In this document: positions 18,684 through 29,185 of the stretch, piece by piece | How the letters are laid out: each line of letters starts with the position of its first letter | How positions within the stretch are numbered: the first letter of the stretch is position 1 | IMG/VR virus record: IMGVR_UViG_3300017716_001697 | Coordinates: 300,577-364,576 of that record | Source of the DNA: a virus | Taxonomy: Duplodnaviria > Caudoviricetes | Direction: 5' to 3' (one strand) | DNA: 64,000 nucleotides | The notes under the pieces: generated by a model | The model's input: only the letters and a program-made list of their open reading frames with translations | The model's database searches: none | Told to the model about the DNA's origin: nothing | Translations under genes and position numbers: made by a program

Positions 18684-21166
18684 TATGCCTCCGGTGGGAA
18701 TTTATCATTGCATCCGTTAGGATCAATGTTTTGAACAATCATAGCGATAATATTTGGCCCACGGCGCCCAACTTGTGTATACCATATCGAGTCTTGCAAA
18801 TCTCTACCAGCTTGGTCAAAATTCTTTATCTTCATAGCAGATATAAATCTCACAAATGTCTGTAATTTACTCTTACCTAGATTGAACACTAAATCTACTA
18901 GCGCACGCTTTCTTATATCGGACAGATCACTCCATATGCTACCGAAGATGTCCTTGGCCCCAGACACTGCCTCAGCCACATCAGCACTATACCATGCATC
19001 GATCTGCGATTCCGCAATGGCGGTGCCGACAGGGAAACTGCTACGCTCAGTCGGTTTAATAAGATGGCCGATGCCACCTGTCGGGTTTCCTAAGGAATCA
19101 AGGTATACTCTTGATTTCTTTCCTTCGTGTATAGTTAGCTGACATTTCAATGCTGCCATATTTAAATCTTTTGGCGAATTGTCCGTAACAATCGGGTCGT
19201 CGGGAGTCGAGACAGTGGTGCTTCCAGTGCCGCCACACGGTGTTAACGGTGCGTTAGGGTGCATCTTATTATAGTCGCTTATCATGTAGTTGGTTATTGC
19301 GGTCTGCCCACTTGTACAACCGTAGCCGAAATTTGCTATACGTGCCCAGTAATCACCCGAGCCCGATGTGTTCGACTGTGGGAATGCTGCAAGGGTATTT
19401 GGCTTAACCGGTTGCGGTATAGGGCAAGGTCCAGTGCCGTGATTTACTAGCCAAGCCCACCATTCATCCCCCTTAGGACCATTAGCATTCCACCAACCAC
19501 TTACTGCTGATAATATCTGATCACATGTTTGTGGTGTCGAACTGCTAGCAGTTGTGGTATTATTCACGTATGATTCGCTAAAATTTTCATGTTCGGGGCA
19601 AGGCTCGTATGTAGGAAATTTCGACAATGTCGTCTTGAATTTCTGAGAATTACGTACAAATTTTGATTCAGGATCTTTCCACGTAGCTAATATGTTAGTT
19701 TTCTCAATAACAGGTTTAACTGTTGCACCACCTCCACCACTTGCCGAAAGTGCAGATTGTGTCGGTATAGCCGGCAACGATAAAGGCACACCTGTTGGTA
19801 AATTTGCTAATAATTGGCCGGCTGAGCAAGTAGCCACGCCGCCTGCACCCGTTAACGATAATAAAGACGCGGACTCGATTCTAACTCCGCCACCACCTTT
19901 TAAGTCAACAGATCCACCGGATGAAATCCTAACACCGGAACCACCTAACATACTGTTATCGCCACCTGCTGCCGAACTTATCGATCCTCCAGCACCGAGA
20001 CTTATATTTCCACCTGCTGTTAAGTTTGCATTGCCGCCAGCAGATGAATGCCAATTTGAAACTGCTTGGATAACAACGTCACCACCGTGACCTTTTCCCT
20101 GGCCTACATATTTAAACAGTGGCAGGTCTTTTACTTTCTTAGGGACATTGTTAACATCGTATGTAAATTCTGTCTTATCAATTTTCGTGTCTTGTGCAGC
20201 CTTGATGTAGACATTCTGTCCAGCTTCGATATTTACATTTCTGTCGGCTCTGATATTAAAATCATATTGCGCACGCATGGACACATTCTGTGCTCCGAAT
20301 ATATCTATATTACCCTTGTAATCCATCTGTACCCACGCGGTACCATCGCGATTAATTAGATAGATAAAACCAGTAGTTTCGTTAATCTTAATTTGTGCAC
20401 CGGATTTTGTTGCGAGTTGAACGTATTCACTATTTTCACCGTCATCCATAATAAACGACGATCCGCCTTTACGTCGAACTTGATCTGGCTCAACATTCTT
20501 ACTAATGGCGGGCCCGGGTGTCAGTATGCCATATACATGGCTCGGTGCTTCTCGCCTAGCACTGGTGTCTGTAACACCACGAAACCTATCCTTAATGAGT
20601 CCTTGATTTCCTAGGCCCTTAAACTTTGTTGCCTCGTATGGTTTTGCTGTGTTATCGGGGTGTGTAACTTTCGTATCGTTCTTGTTGTATTCGGCAACTG
20701 GGACAAATTTCTTAGGATACTGATAGTTGTTTACATTACCTGCCATCCCCGGGACCATGTTGTTCATAAATTGGTTATATAGACAACCAATAAATACCCC
20801 ACGCGACGGGTCACCGTTAATAAAGACAACCAGCACCTGATTATTAATATCGGGCGGAATCATCCACATACCATACGATGTCTGTGTACCTTCGAAGATC
20901 CGTGTATTGTTGGTATCTGTGGCGTCAATATTAGTTGCACCAGCAAACGGCGATGAATAATTTACTATAACCCACCCGTTTTCATCATCGGGTGTTGACC
21001 CGAATTCAGGTATCCATACCTGTAAACGACCGTTTAAATTTATATCAGAATTTTTCTTAACAAATCCCAGATATACACCGGTAAGGACGGGTACGCGACC
21101 CATCGGCTGTAATGAAGAATTTGTATTTGTTTTGGATGACCTACGGCCTGCGTCTGTATAACTCAT
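18683..21166 (-). CDS. gp5: Baseplate central spike, gp5-like: OB fold, beta-helix and C-terminal T4-type lysozyme (GH24), 827 aa
   Basis: GRLQVWIPE and YGMWMIPPDINNQVLVVF OB-fold motifs; C-terminal HEGKKSRVYLDSLGNPTGGIGH reproduces the E-x8-D-x5-T triad spacing of T4 lysozyme. Confidence 0.85.
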   Translation of the reverse strand: MSYTDAGRRSSKTNTNSSLQPMGRVPVLTGVYLGFVKKNSDINLNGRLQVWIPEFGSTPDDENGWVIVNYSSPFAGATNIDATDTNNTRIFEGTQTSYGMWMIPPDINNQVLVVFINGDPSRGVFIGCLYNQFMNNMVPGMAGNVNNYQYPKKFVPVAEYNKNDTKVTHPDNTAKPYEATKFKGLGNQGLIKDRFRGVTDTSARREAPSHVYGILTPGPAISKNVEPDQVRRKGGSSFIMDDGENSEYVQLATKSGAQIKINETTGFIYLINRDGTAWVQMDYKGNIDIFGAQNVSMRAQYDFNIRADRNVNIEAGQNVYIKAAQDTKIDKTEFTYDVNNVPKKVKDLPLFKYVGQGKGHGGDVVIQAVSNWHSSAGGNANLTAGGNISLGAGGSISSAAGGDNSMLGGSGVRISSGGSVDLKGGGGVRIESASLLSLTGAGGVATCSAGQLLANLPTGVPLSLPAIPTQSALSASGGGGATVKPVIEKTNILATWKDPESKFVRNSQKFKTTLSKFPTYEPCPEHENFSESYVNNTTTASSSTPQTCDQILSAVSGWWNANGPKGDEWWAWLVNHGTGPCPIPQPVKPNTLAAFPQSNTSGSGDYWARIANFGYGCTSGQTAITNYMISDYNKMHPNAPLTPCGGTGSTTVSTPDDPIVTDNSPKDLNMAALKCQLTIHEGKKSRVYLDSLGNPTGGIGHLIKPTERSSFPVGTAIAESQIDAWYSADVAEAVSGAKDIFGSIWSDLSDIRKRALVDLVFNLGKSKLQTFVRFISAMKIKNFDQAGRDLQDSIWYTQVGRRGPNIIAMIVQNIDPNGCNDKFPPEA

Positions 21167-23727
21167 GCTTCGTCACTCTCTAAATGTGGCGGTATATTAG
21201 AGGAGGCACCTAATCCTGAATTTAATGTGTTAATAATGTATTCTTGTGTATTAACATATGCTACACCGTCTGCACCTATTCGTGTTATTGCTATCCTGCT
21301 AGGTGTTTTAAGTGACGTAGATGGCACAGATATAGGCACTCCTTCGACAATAGCAATATTAGGAGTAGCATCTGCCTTATCTAGTTCTCCTAAGAAATCT
21401 ACAAGATTAATTGCCGGATCTAATAGGCAGCTTAATTCCTGCGTAAATTTACCCATTTCGAACGTATTAGAAATTGTTGCAATTTTATACACACCGCTGA
21501 ATGTTTCTACTTCGTTGTAGACTGTATCACTATCAGCAATTATGCCGTCATTATCAAATAATCTAGGAGTCCTAAAACGTATCACTATAAAATTATCACT
21601 AGAATGTATGTTGACTGATTTTTTGCTAGTGTTATCTTTAATATCATTAATTGCTTCTAATTTATCCATCAGTGACCTATATTTAAGGACCTTGCTAGTC
21701 GAATCTACACCACGAGGGAAAAGCCAATATGGGTCACCTTTGATAGTGAGTTTTACAGCAGCCATTGCATTATCGACCTGAGTTGTATACAGTGCTGTAG
21801 CGAATATACTAGATACTCGCGAGCGTGCTGCCATTTTCGATGGATCGATCCCGAATGTTACAGCAGCCTCTTGAATACCTTCAGAAAAGGCTACGGGGTG
21901 CAGTTTGCTTGCACTAAGGGATAGTGCTGCTTCGTGTGCAGCCTTAGTAAGTTCGTCATTTGTGTTTATGTCTGATAAGAAGGTTGTTGTGCCGATAACA
22001 TTGCCATGACTATTTGTTAAATTAACGGGTGCCCCTATCAGTCGTGCATACCGCCTTGCATCGTCGATCTTATCTTTCTTTGTTTTCGCTACATATGCCC
22101 TGCGATCTTCTGCCCTGGCATTATTTAACAAATCTATATATTTTTGTACTATAGACGGATCCAAACTAGTTGCCTCACTTATTGCCGCTTGCGCATATTC
22201 TATCTTCCTAAGAACCGATGAGTCGTTTGGCGAGTTATGTATGAATGCTATTGTATCTTTAACTAGTTTCTTTACACGTTGTTCCTGTGATAATGCATCA
22301 CGCCTGACTGCTATACCGGGTGTTGATATGAACGAATCATAATACGCGCCACCAAATCGCGGCTTAACTGATTGAAATGCAAAATTCATATCGAGGTCAA
22401 ATTTAATTATTTGGTCATTAAGGCCGGTGAATATATAGTTATATTTTTTCTTCATTATCTTCTTACGAACGTACTCGCCCATTCGTAATTTAGATGCGGT
22501 GATGTCTTTAGAGGTCTGTCCGGTTTGGGCGGCAGTCACATCTAACGCACCGATGTCGTACTGTACTATAAAGATAGTAATGTCCACAGCAGGTTGTTGT
22601 CGTAATGTATCGTATGCAACTGGGCGCGTCTCGGTAACAATTCTCCAGAGTTTCTTCATCTGATCTGATACAGCAGTAATTGGCTTAGGGGTTGAATCTG
22701 GCGTGTCAGATTGTTGCATAGTCACTTGCACACGAGATGTGTTAATGAGAAGACTATCGACTATCTTATCGATACCGGTTCCTGCATTATATTGCGCTGT
22801 CTTTTTACCGTAGTTGACATCTTTACTATATTCACTGCTAAATTTAGTAGATATGTTGTCACCTGGATCCGAAATATCAATTACAGCAAGGGCAGGGTCC
22901 ACAACAATTGTGTATGAGTCTGGAATTTCGTAGTTTTCAATTAATTTATCATACTGATCAACATTTAATTTATCCTCTAATTGTTGCATGGCGGCGCCGA
23001 ACGTGGAAAGTCCGTCTAATGATACTTTTTGTTGCAATACATAATATAAATCTGTCTGCGCCTTCTCGTTATACATAATTCCATTAAATTTATACCGGGT
23101 ACCTACGTGACTCACATGTGCCTCTACTGTAGTCACCTGCACATCCCATAACCATGTTGTACCTTCCATCCCGGGCGGAGTACCGGTTTCGTTTGTTTCG
23201 GACGTAGACGGACTTCTTCCTTTGAAGTTAAGTTGTAAGAAAAACGGTGTTACTTTCCAATTGCCCAGACCCAGGCCCACGGCCTGGTAAAACATCTTAT
23301 CTATGAGACCAGCACCAGATGGCTCAATCAACTCAAATGTGAATGTAGTTGATGTGCCGGTCCCATTGCGGGCATTAGGACCAGCGACTGATTCTATTCT
23401 AACCTTATCTATTGTCATATCAGTCACACCGCTTTCTGCTATAATGACTTGGTTTTTAGTCTCTAATATAGCACCACTGTGTGCATTCTCTAAAGACGTC
23501 ATGAAGAATTTCCAGTGGTAGGTGAACTGATCATAATTGTCTAAGATATTAGGTATAAACTCAAATTTGTAATCTCTGCCGTCGGCGACGGACTGATTAG
23601 GGTCATGAACAAACGAATCTCGACGATTTAAGTCGGCGCGACCATCTGCGTTAATCGGTAATGAATTATTGTTTCTTAATAATTTATTCCATTCTGCTTC
23701 ATATTCTGGGGTGTTCGGTGATGGCAT
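21163..23727 (-). CDS. Putative baseplate hub protein (gp27-like position), about 854 aa
   Basis: Start moved from 23757 to the ATG 1 nt after the upstream stop (MPSPNT...); lies between the gp53-like gene and gp5; hub assignment is from synteny. Confidence 0.55.
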   Translation of the reverse strand: MPSPNTPEYEAEWNKLLRNNNSLPINADGRADLNRRDSFVHDPNQSVADGRDYKFEFIPNILDNYDQFTYHWKFFMTSLENAHSGAILETKNQVIIAESGVTDMTIDKVRIESVAGPNARNGTGTSTTFTFELIEPSGAGLIDKMFYQAVGLGLGNWKVTPFFLQLNFKGRSPSTSETNETGTPPGMEGTTWLWDVQVTTVEAHVSHVGTRYKFNGIMYNEKAQTDLYYVLQQKVSLDGLSTFGAAMQQLEDKLNVDQYDKLIENYEIPDSYTIVVDPALAVIDISDPGDNISTKFSSEYSKDVNYGKKTAQYNAGTGIDKIVDSLLINTSRVQVTMQQSDTPDSTPKPITAVSDQMKKLWRIVTETRPVAYDTLRQQPAVDITIFIVQYDIGALDVTAAQTGQTSKDITASKLRMGEYVRKKIMKKKYNYIFTGLNDQIIKFDLDMNFAFQSVKPRFGGAYYDSFISTPGIAVRRDALSQEQRVKKLVKDTIAFIHNSPNDSSVLRKIEYAQAAISEATSLDPSIVQKYIDLLNNARAEDRRAYVAKTKKDKIDDARRYARLIGAPVNLTNSHGNVIGTTTFLSDINTNDELTKAAHEAALSLSASKLHPVAFSEGIQEAAVTFGIDPSKMAARSRVSSIFATALYTTQVDNAMAAVKLTIKGDPYWLFPRGVDSTSKVLKYRSLMDKLEAINDIKDNTSKKSVNIHSSDNFIVIRFRTPRLFDNDGIIADSDTVYNEVETFSGVYKIATISNTFEMGKFTQELSCLLDPAINLVDFLGELDKADATPNIAIVEGVPISVPSTSLKTPSRIAITRIGADGVAYVNTQEYIINTLNSGLGASSNIPPHLESDEA

Positions 23728-23728
23728 G

Positions 23729-24016
23729 TTATTTTTGTAATATATTAATCGGCACAAATATTTCTAATCCTGCCACGAAGTCTTCTATAGGATCATTTAT
23801 TAAATCTGGGTTCCTCATTGCGAAAACCCACCACAGCATAGGGGTACCGTATTCAGCATTACTCATCAAATCAGGCCTTTGAGCAAATGCTGCAGGAATT
23901 CTAATTATTTTATCGTAATCACTTTTAGGTATAGTACGTGGCACCATTACATCTAGGTACCAATTAGTTATAGGTGTTAATAGGTATTCGCTGGTTGTTT
24001 TTGAATTATTAGCCAT
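23729..24016 (-). CDS. LysM-like baseplate wedge protein (gp53 / tail protein X type), 95 aa
   Basis: RPDLMSNAEYGTPMLWWVFAMRN...DPIEDFVAGLEIFVP matches the gp53 LysM-like pattern. Confidence 0.8.
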   Translation of the reverse strand: MANNSKTTSEYLLTPITNWYLDVMVPRTIPKSDYDKIIRIPAAFAQRPDLMSNAEYGTPMLWWVFAMRNPDLINDPIEDFVAGLEIFVPINILQK

Positions 24017-24017
24017 A

Positions 24018-24740
24018 TTAAATGTATCCGCCTGTTATTAGGTTACCTGAGCGAAATTTATCTAGATTAAATTCGTTACGCATTCTGATTGGTATATATT
24101 GCGTATCTAGTTCTAATTTCACTGAAATGTGTGTAGGTACCTGAGTCCAACCGCCATTGGGTCCTCCGCCGATCGGTAATGACACACCTATATTCGACGA
24201 ATATCCCTCATTTTCTGCTGTATCGACTGCAACATAGTCGATTGTTGCATCATATGTATAGTCGAACGATTTAACAACAACAGGTACATTATTGAATTGA
24301 TATTGCCCCATGTAATTAAACAATAATACAGGTGGCGGCGTACCGGCTTTCTGGTATGGGTTCACACCAAAATAAGATTTCGTAACGGCCCTGAAGAAAT
24401 GTAACACTGCCAATAAATATAATGCTTCATCGCTGGTCTGCGCAGTAAACTCTGCAGCTATCGATATAGGCTTTGGATTAGACCTAACATATGCATTATA
24501 GTTATAGTTAGAATGAATAAAATTAGTGGGATCGTATTCTACCGTACTACCGGACGAAATAGCCGGTGTATACGGAAATAATACTCCTCTGGTTTGCCAT
24601 AGAGGAAATAATATATTGTTAGAGTTCTGTGGACCCAGCACATCATTACACGCTGCCATATTTTTTGGCTGTAACCTGGCTCTAAAATCTGCTCGTTTGG
24701 CTACGGTGGTTACTGTGTTTAATATTAGTGGTGCTGCCAT
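24018..24740 (-). CDS. Tail-tube initiator / baseplate tube-cap protein (gp48/gp54-like), 240 aa
   Basis: FPYTP, PPPVLLFNYMGQYQFNNVPVVVKSFDYTY tube-fold pattern; first gene after the GATAAATA box at 24760-24767; AAGGAG RBS. Confidence 0.6.
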   Translation of the reverse strand: MAAPLILNTVTTVAKRADFRARLQPKNMAACNDVLGPQNSNNILFPLWQTRGVLFPYTPAISSGSTVEYDPTNFIHSNYNYNAYVRSNPKPISIAAEFTAQTSDEALYLLAVLHFFRAVTKSYFGVNPYQKAGTPPPVLLFNYMGQYQFNNVPVVVKSFDYTYDATIDYVAVDTAENEGYSSNIGVSLPIGGGPNGGWTQVPTHISVKLELDTQYIPIRMRNEFNLDKFRSGNLITGGYI

Positions 24741-24801
24741 ATAATTCTCCTTGCTCCCGTATTTATCACTATCATAAACTACTACTTTTATACAGAAACT
24801 C

Positions 24802-24829
24802 TTGACTTATTATGCAGATGTGTTATACT
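24802..24829 (+). promoter_or_regulatory. Host sigma70-type promoter for gp55-gp47-gp46
   Basis: TTGACT, 16-nt spacer, TG-extended TATACT. Confidence 0.75.
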
Positions 24830-24857
24830 GTATGAAACCCTCTCTAGGAGAAACTAA

Positions 24858-25775
24858 ATGAGCGAATACGAGTTTGATGATGAAGATGAGACGCAAGAAG
24901 AAGTGGCTGTTGTCTCTGTCTTTCCTGCCAAGAAAATTAACTACCTAAACAACAAGGACATGTTGAAGGAAATCCACAAGAGCAAGAATTCGTTCTGTGA
25001 ATACACTGATCAAAAGTATGGAGATTATGATGTTATTGTCGAAAATGTTAATGATATCTTCTTACCAGAAACATTAGAAAAGGGCAAGGCTGCTCGCGCC
25101 GCTAGATTGGCTGCTATCGCATACGAAGCCGCATTATTAGCAGCAGGCGTAGTGACAAAAGCTGATAAGCCGCGCCTTGCCGAATATAAAATCAAGCCTG
25201 ATACCATATCAGTTGATGATCTAGTATTTCGCGTATTAGGATTCAGTCATATTCCGTTGGCGCCGGGTCGCAAGAAAAATCCTAAATCTGTTGCTGACAA
25301 TTATGTTAAGCTGAATTTCTATCCATTCATACACTATATTATCGACAATGGTGTAGCAAGAGAAGTAGGCAGATCGCACACTAAGAAAGGTAAATTTAGC
25401 TTAGATCACGGATCAATGACTAATAAGTTAGCTAAGATGTTCACGCTAATGGTTAACAAATATGGCCAGCGTGGTAATTGGAGAGGGTATACATATCTAG
25501 ATGAAATGAAAGGACAGGCCTTGTTACAACTTGCGATGATGGGATTACAATTCGACGAGTACAAATCCGATAATCCATTCTCGTATTATACAGCTAGTGT
25601 ATCCAACAGTTTTACACGAGTGTTTAACCTAGAAAAGAATCATCAGACATTGCGAGATGATTTGTTAATTGATTCTGGTGCAAGCCCTAGCTTCTCTCGC
25701 CAACTAGCATTAGAAAATGAAATTAGACACTTAAGAGAAGATGCACAGGAGGCCGCAAAAGATGACGCAATCTAA
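24858..25775 (+). CDS. gp55: Late-transcription sigma factor, T4 gp55-like (305 aa)
   Basis: YLNNKDMLKEI and NWRGYTYLDEMKGQALLQL...FDEYKSDNPFSYYT motifs; adjacent to gp47/gp46 as in T4. Confidence 0.85.
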   Translation: MSEYEFDDEDETQEEVAVVSVFPAKKINYLNNKDMLKEIHKSKNSFCEYTDQKYGDYDVIVENVNDIFLPETLEKGKAARAARLAAIAYEAALLAAGVVTKADKPRLAEYKIKPDTISVDDLVFRVLGFSHIPLAPGRKKNPKSVADNYVKLNFYPFIHYIIDNGVAREVGRSHTKKGKFSLDHGSMTNKLAKMFTLMVNKYGQRGNWRGYTYLDEMKGQALLQLAMMGLQFDEYKSDNPFSYYTASVSNSFTRVFNLEKNHQTLRDDLLIDSGASPSFSRQLALENEIRHLREDAQEAAKDDAI

Positions 25776-26784
25776 TTTGTTCGAAAAGGTTATATGTTTT
25801 AGTGATATCCATTTTGGACTACGGCATAACTCCAAAGAGCATAATCAAGATTGTTTAGACTTTGTCGACTGGGTTATCGAGCAAGCAGATTTGCGTAACT
25901 GTGATACATGTTTCTTCCTCGGGGACTGGCATCACCATAGATCTAATATCAGCGTCCTTACTTTAGATTATACGATGCAAGCATTGCGTAAACTAAATTC
26001 TTACTTCAAGAAGACGTATATTATGGTAGGCAATCACGATTTATTCTACAGAGAGAAGCGCGATGTTCACTCTTTAATAATGGGTGGCGAGTTTGACAAT
26101 ATTATCTTAGTCGATAAGATTATGTTAGAAGGCAATGTTGCACTGATTCCGTGGCTAGTGGAAGAAGAATGGAAAGAAGTGTCAACAATCGAGTCTAAGT
26201 ACATTTTCGGGCATCTCGAACTTCCCGGATTCAAAATGAATGCACAGGTAGAGATGCCAGATCACGGCTTGCTCAATGCAGAACATTTTGTCCATCAAGA
26301 TTTAGTCTTTTCTGGCCATTTCCACAAGAGACAAACAAAGGGCAAAGTCAATTACATAGGCAACCCGTTTGGACATAACTTTGCCGATGTTTGGGATTTC
26401 GAGCGTGGTGCAATGTACATGGATTGGGGTGGTGAACCTGAATTCATAGATTATGAAAGTGGGCCACGGTTTATTAATATTAATCTGTCTGCTTTATTGG
26501 CTAATCCCGATATCTATCTTAAGCCTAAAACATATCTACAGGTAGTACTAGACGTAGATATCACATACGAAGAAGCTGCGTTCCTTAGAGAAACATTTAT
26601 CGAGCAGTATGATGTTCGCGAATTTAAGCTAATTAGGAGCAAAGAGTCCGATACCGAACAAGAGTTCAAGGGTGACATAACTATGAAGACTGTTGACGAA
26701 ATTGTTACTGAGCAATTATTGAACATTGACAAGGAAGGTAGTTTTGACTCGGCAAAATTAATAGAAATATACGATAGGTTATAA
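25762..26784 (+). CDS. gp47: Recombination endo/exonuclease, Mre11/SbcD-like (gp47)
   Basis: Metallophosphoesterase motifs DIHFG, GDWHH, GNHD, GHFH; start moved to ATG 25762 behind AGGAGG. Confidence 0.92.
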   Translation: MTQSNLFEKVICFSDIHFGLRHNSKEHNQDCLDFVDWVIEQADLRNCDTCFFLGDWHHHRSNISVLTLDYTMQALRKLNSYFKKTYIMVGNHDLFYREKRDVHSLIMGGEFDNIILVDKIMLEGNVALIPWLVEEEWKEVSTIESKYIFGHLELPGFKMNAQVEMPDHGLLNAEHFVHQDLVFSGHFHKRQTKGKVNYIGNPFGHNFADVWDFERGAMYMDWGGEPEFIDYESGPRFININLSALLANPDIYLKPKTYLQVVLDVDITYEEAAFLRETFIEQYDVREFKLIRSKESDTEQEFKGDITMKTVDEIVTEQLLNIDKEGSFDSAKLIEIYDRL

Positions 26785-26787
26785 TAC

Positions 26788-28578
26788 ATGTTTAAACTGA
26801 ATGGATTAACAATACGAAATTTTATGAGTATCGGTGCGGTAACGCAGTCGATAAATTTCAGCAAGGACGACTTAGTCCTTGTATTAGGGGAAAATTTAGA
26901 TTTAGGCGGAAATGATAATCGTAACGGTGTCGGTAAATCTACAATTGTGAATGCATTGAGCTATGCGCTATATGGCGTCGCCTTAACAAATATCAAGAAA
27001 GATAACCTAATTAATAAATCTAATATGAAAAACATGTTAGTGACACTAAAGTTTGATATCAATGGCAAAGGATACACCATCGAAAGAGGTCGTCGCCCTA
27101 ACGTATTTAGATTTATTGAAGATGGTAAAGAGGATTTAGAAGAAGAAAATAAATCTGAGAAGGATACCGACGAATCACAGGGCGAAGGCCGGCATACACA
27201 AGAAGAAATTGTAAGGGTTATCGGTATAACACACGACATGTTTAAACATATTCTGGCGTTAAATACCTATGTAGAGCCGTTTCTTGCATTACGTACAAAC
27301 GATCAGCGCAATATCATCGAGCAATTACTAGGTATCACTAAGCTATCCGAGAAGGCTGAGAAGCTCAAAGAAGAAGCAAAGGTTACCAAAGACGAAATCA
27401 AGGAAGAAGAGTTTCGTATTGCTGCCACATCTGCTGCAAATAAACGGATAGAACAGAATATATCCGGACTTGAAATTAAATCTACAGCATGGGAACGCGA
27501 TAAGGTTAAAAGGATTGACAAATTTCAGTCCTCTATCTTAGAGTTATTGGATGTAGATATTGATAGTGAAATTGCATTGCATAAGGCAAGAAAAGAAGTC
27601 GATGACTTAGCTGCCGAATATAGGTCGTTGTCACGAGAATTAACTTCACTAGAAAACGATGTATCTACGGCAACAAAGACCGTTGCACGATTAGACAGAG
27701 TAATTTCTACATCAGTGGAGAAGATCTGCCCGACGTGTAGTCAAGAAATGGATAAAGATACACATGCACAAGTGCATGCCGAATACCTGGGTCAACATAA
27801 AGATGAAAAAAAGCGACTAGATGAAAAGAGCTCAAAACGTGACGAAGTTAAAAGTCTTGCCACAACAGTTAAATCACTGATACCGGTATTAGCTGAAACA
27901 TTCTATGACACAATTGACGAGGCGTACAATCATAAGACCACGCTTACAACAATAGGTAACAGTCTAGAAACAGAATTAGCAACTGTTAATCCATATGTTG
28001 ATCAGATCGAAGCATTAAAGAAAGATAGCATACAAGAAATTGAGTTTGCTGTAATGAATGAATTAGTTAGATTGCGTGATCACCAGGAATTCCTGCTCAA
28101 ACTATTAACAAGCAAAGACAGTTTTATTCGTAAGAAGATTATCGATCAGAATCTTGCATATTTGAATCATAGGTTAGCATTCTATCTAACGGAAATCGGC
28201 TTGCCGCATCTTGTTAAATTTAAGTCCGATCTAGAAGTTGAGATCACAATGTATGGAAAAGAATTTGACTTTGATAATCTAAGCCGTGGCGAAAGAACTC
28301 GGTTAATCTTGTCACTATCGTGGTCGTTCCGTGATGTGTTTGAATCAATGAATGATAAGATTAATTTGCTTTTCATCGACGAATTAATTGACAGTGGTCT
28401 AGATACAAGCGGCGTTGAAGCTTCTCTATCTATACTTAAGAAAATGAGCCGTGAACATAAACGCAATATTTTCTTAATTTCCCACCGAGACGAACTTGTT
28501 GGTAGGGTCACAAACGTGCTGAAAGTCATTAAGGAAGGTGGATTCACTTCGTTAGAAACTACTGATACGCAAGTTTGA
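26788..28578 (+). CDS. gp46: Recombination ATPase, Rad50/SbcC-like (gp46), 596 aa
   Basis: Walker A NGVGKST, zinc hook CPTC, signature LSRGE, Walker B FIDE, ISH switch. Confidence 0.95.
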   Translation: MFKLNGLTIRNFMSIGAVTQSINFSKDDLVLVLGENLDLGGNDNRNGVGKSTIVNALSYALYGVALTNIKKDNLINKSNMKNMLVTLKFDINGKGYTIERGRRPNVFRFIEDGKEDLEEENKSEKDTDESQGEGRHTQEEIVRVIGITHDMFKHILALNTYVEPFLALRTNDQRNIIEQLLGITKLSEKAEKLKEEAKVTKDEIKEEEFRIAATSAANKRIEQNISGLEIKSTAWERDKVKRIDKFQSSILELLDVDIDSEIALHKARKEVDDLAAEYRSLSRELTSLENDVSTATKTVARLDRVISTSVEKICPTCSQEMDKDTHAQVHAEYLGQHKDEKKRLDEKSSKRDEVKSLATTVKSLIPVLAETFYDTIDEAYNHKTTLTTIGNSLETELATVNPYVDQIEALKKDSIQEIEFAVMNELVRLRDHQEFLLKLLTSKDSFIRKKIIDQNLAYLNHRLAFYLTEIGLPHLVKFKSDLEVEITMYGKEFDFDNLSRGERTRLILSLSWSFRDVFESMNDKINLLFIDELIDSGLDTSGVEASLSILKKMSREHKRNIFLISHRDELVGRVTNVLKVIKEGGFTSLETTDTQV

Positions 28579-28590
28579 TCGTGAATAGCA

Positions 28591-28618
28591 TTGCTTTTAG
28601 CAACGAAATTGCTATACT
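28591..28618 (+). promoter_or_regulatory. Probable sigma70-type promoter for the two-nuclease cassette
   Basis: TTGCTT, 16-nt spacer, TG-extended TATACT. Confidence 0.55.
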
Positions 28619-28648
28619 AGCGATATGTTAACAACACAGAAGGGCACA

Positions 28649-29179
28649 ATGATAACAATAAATGATTTAACTATACATTCCTTTATACCCGATGGATTTA
28701 AACATGTATGCGATATTTGTTCCGAAACATCTACAGTTGATGCCTGGACCTATATTAATGTCGATGAAAATATTATGTATGATACCCACGGCGGGTGGGT
28801 ATACCTAATAACAGTGAATGAATCAGTATATAAAATTGGTGAAACTGGCCAACCTCTCGGTAAAAGGTCTAAACGAGTTAAAGTTACCCATCCTGTGGGT
28901 GGAACCAAGGCAAGATTAAGTAGATACAGAAGTCACTGTAACAAGAAGAAATACGATACTGATCATGCCATACGCCAAAAGTTACAGGAACATCTAGATA
29001 ATAAGGCTGTAGTATCTTTCTGGGCTAAAAAATGTGATAATATAGATGTAATGGAAACTGTATTAGGTGAACTAGTAAGCATAAAAACCGAAACACACAA
29101 AATATTAGAAAAGAAATATCTAAGAATAATTAAAGATGAATATGGCGAACTCCCTAAATTACATGTAGCAATTAACTAA
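28649..29179 (+). CDS. denA: GIY-YIG nuclease resembling T4 endonuclease II
   Basis: WVYLITVNESVYKIGET...RLSRYRS...VSFWAKKC...ILEKKYL parallels T4 EndoII as recalled (VIYAIAINDELVYIGKT...RINYYRT...VEFYARQC...LEEPLF); start moved to 28649 behind AAGGG. Confidence 0.6.
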   Translation: MITINDLTIHSFIPDGFKHVCDICSETSTVDAWTYINVDENIMYDTHGGWVYLITVNESVYKIGETGQPLGKRSKRVKVTHPVGGTKARLSRYRSHCNKKKYDTDHAIRQKLQEHLDNKAVVSFWAKKCDNIDVMETVLGELVSIKTETHKILEKKYLRIIKDEYGELPKLHVAIN

Positions 29180-29185
29180 TACAAT

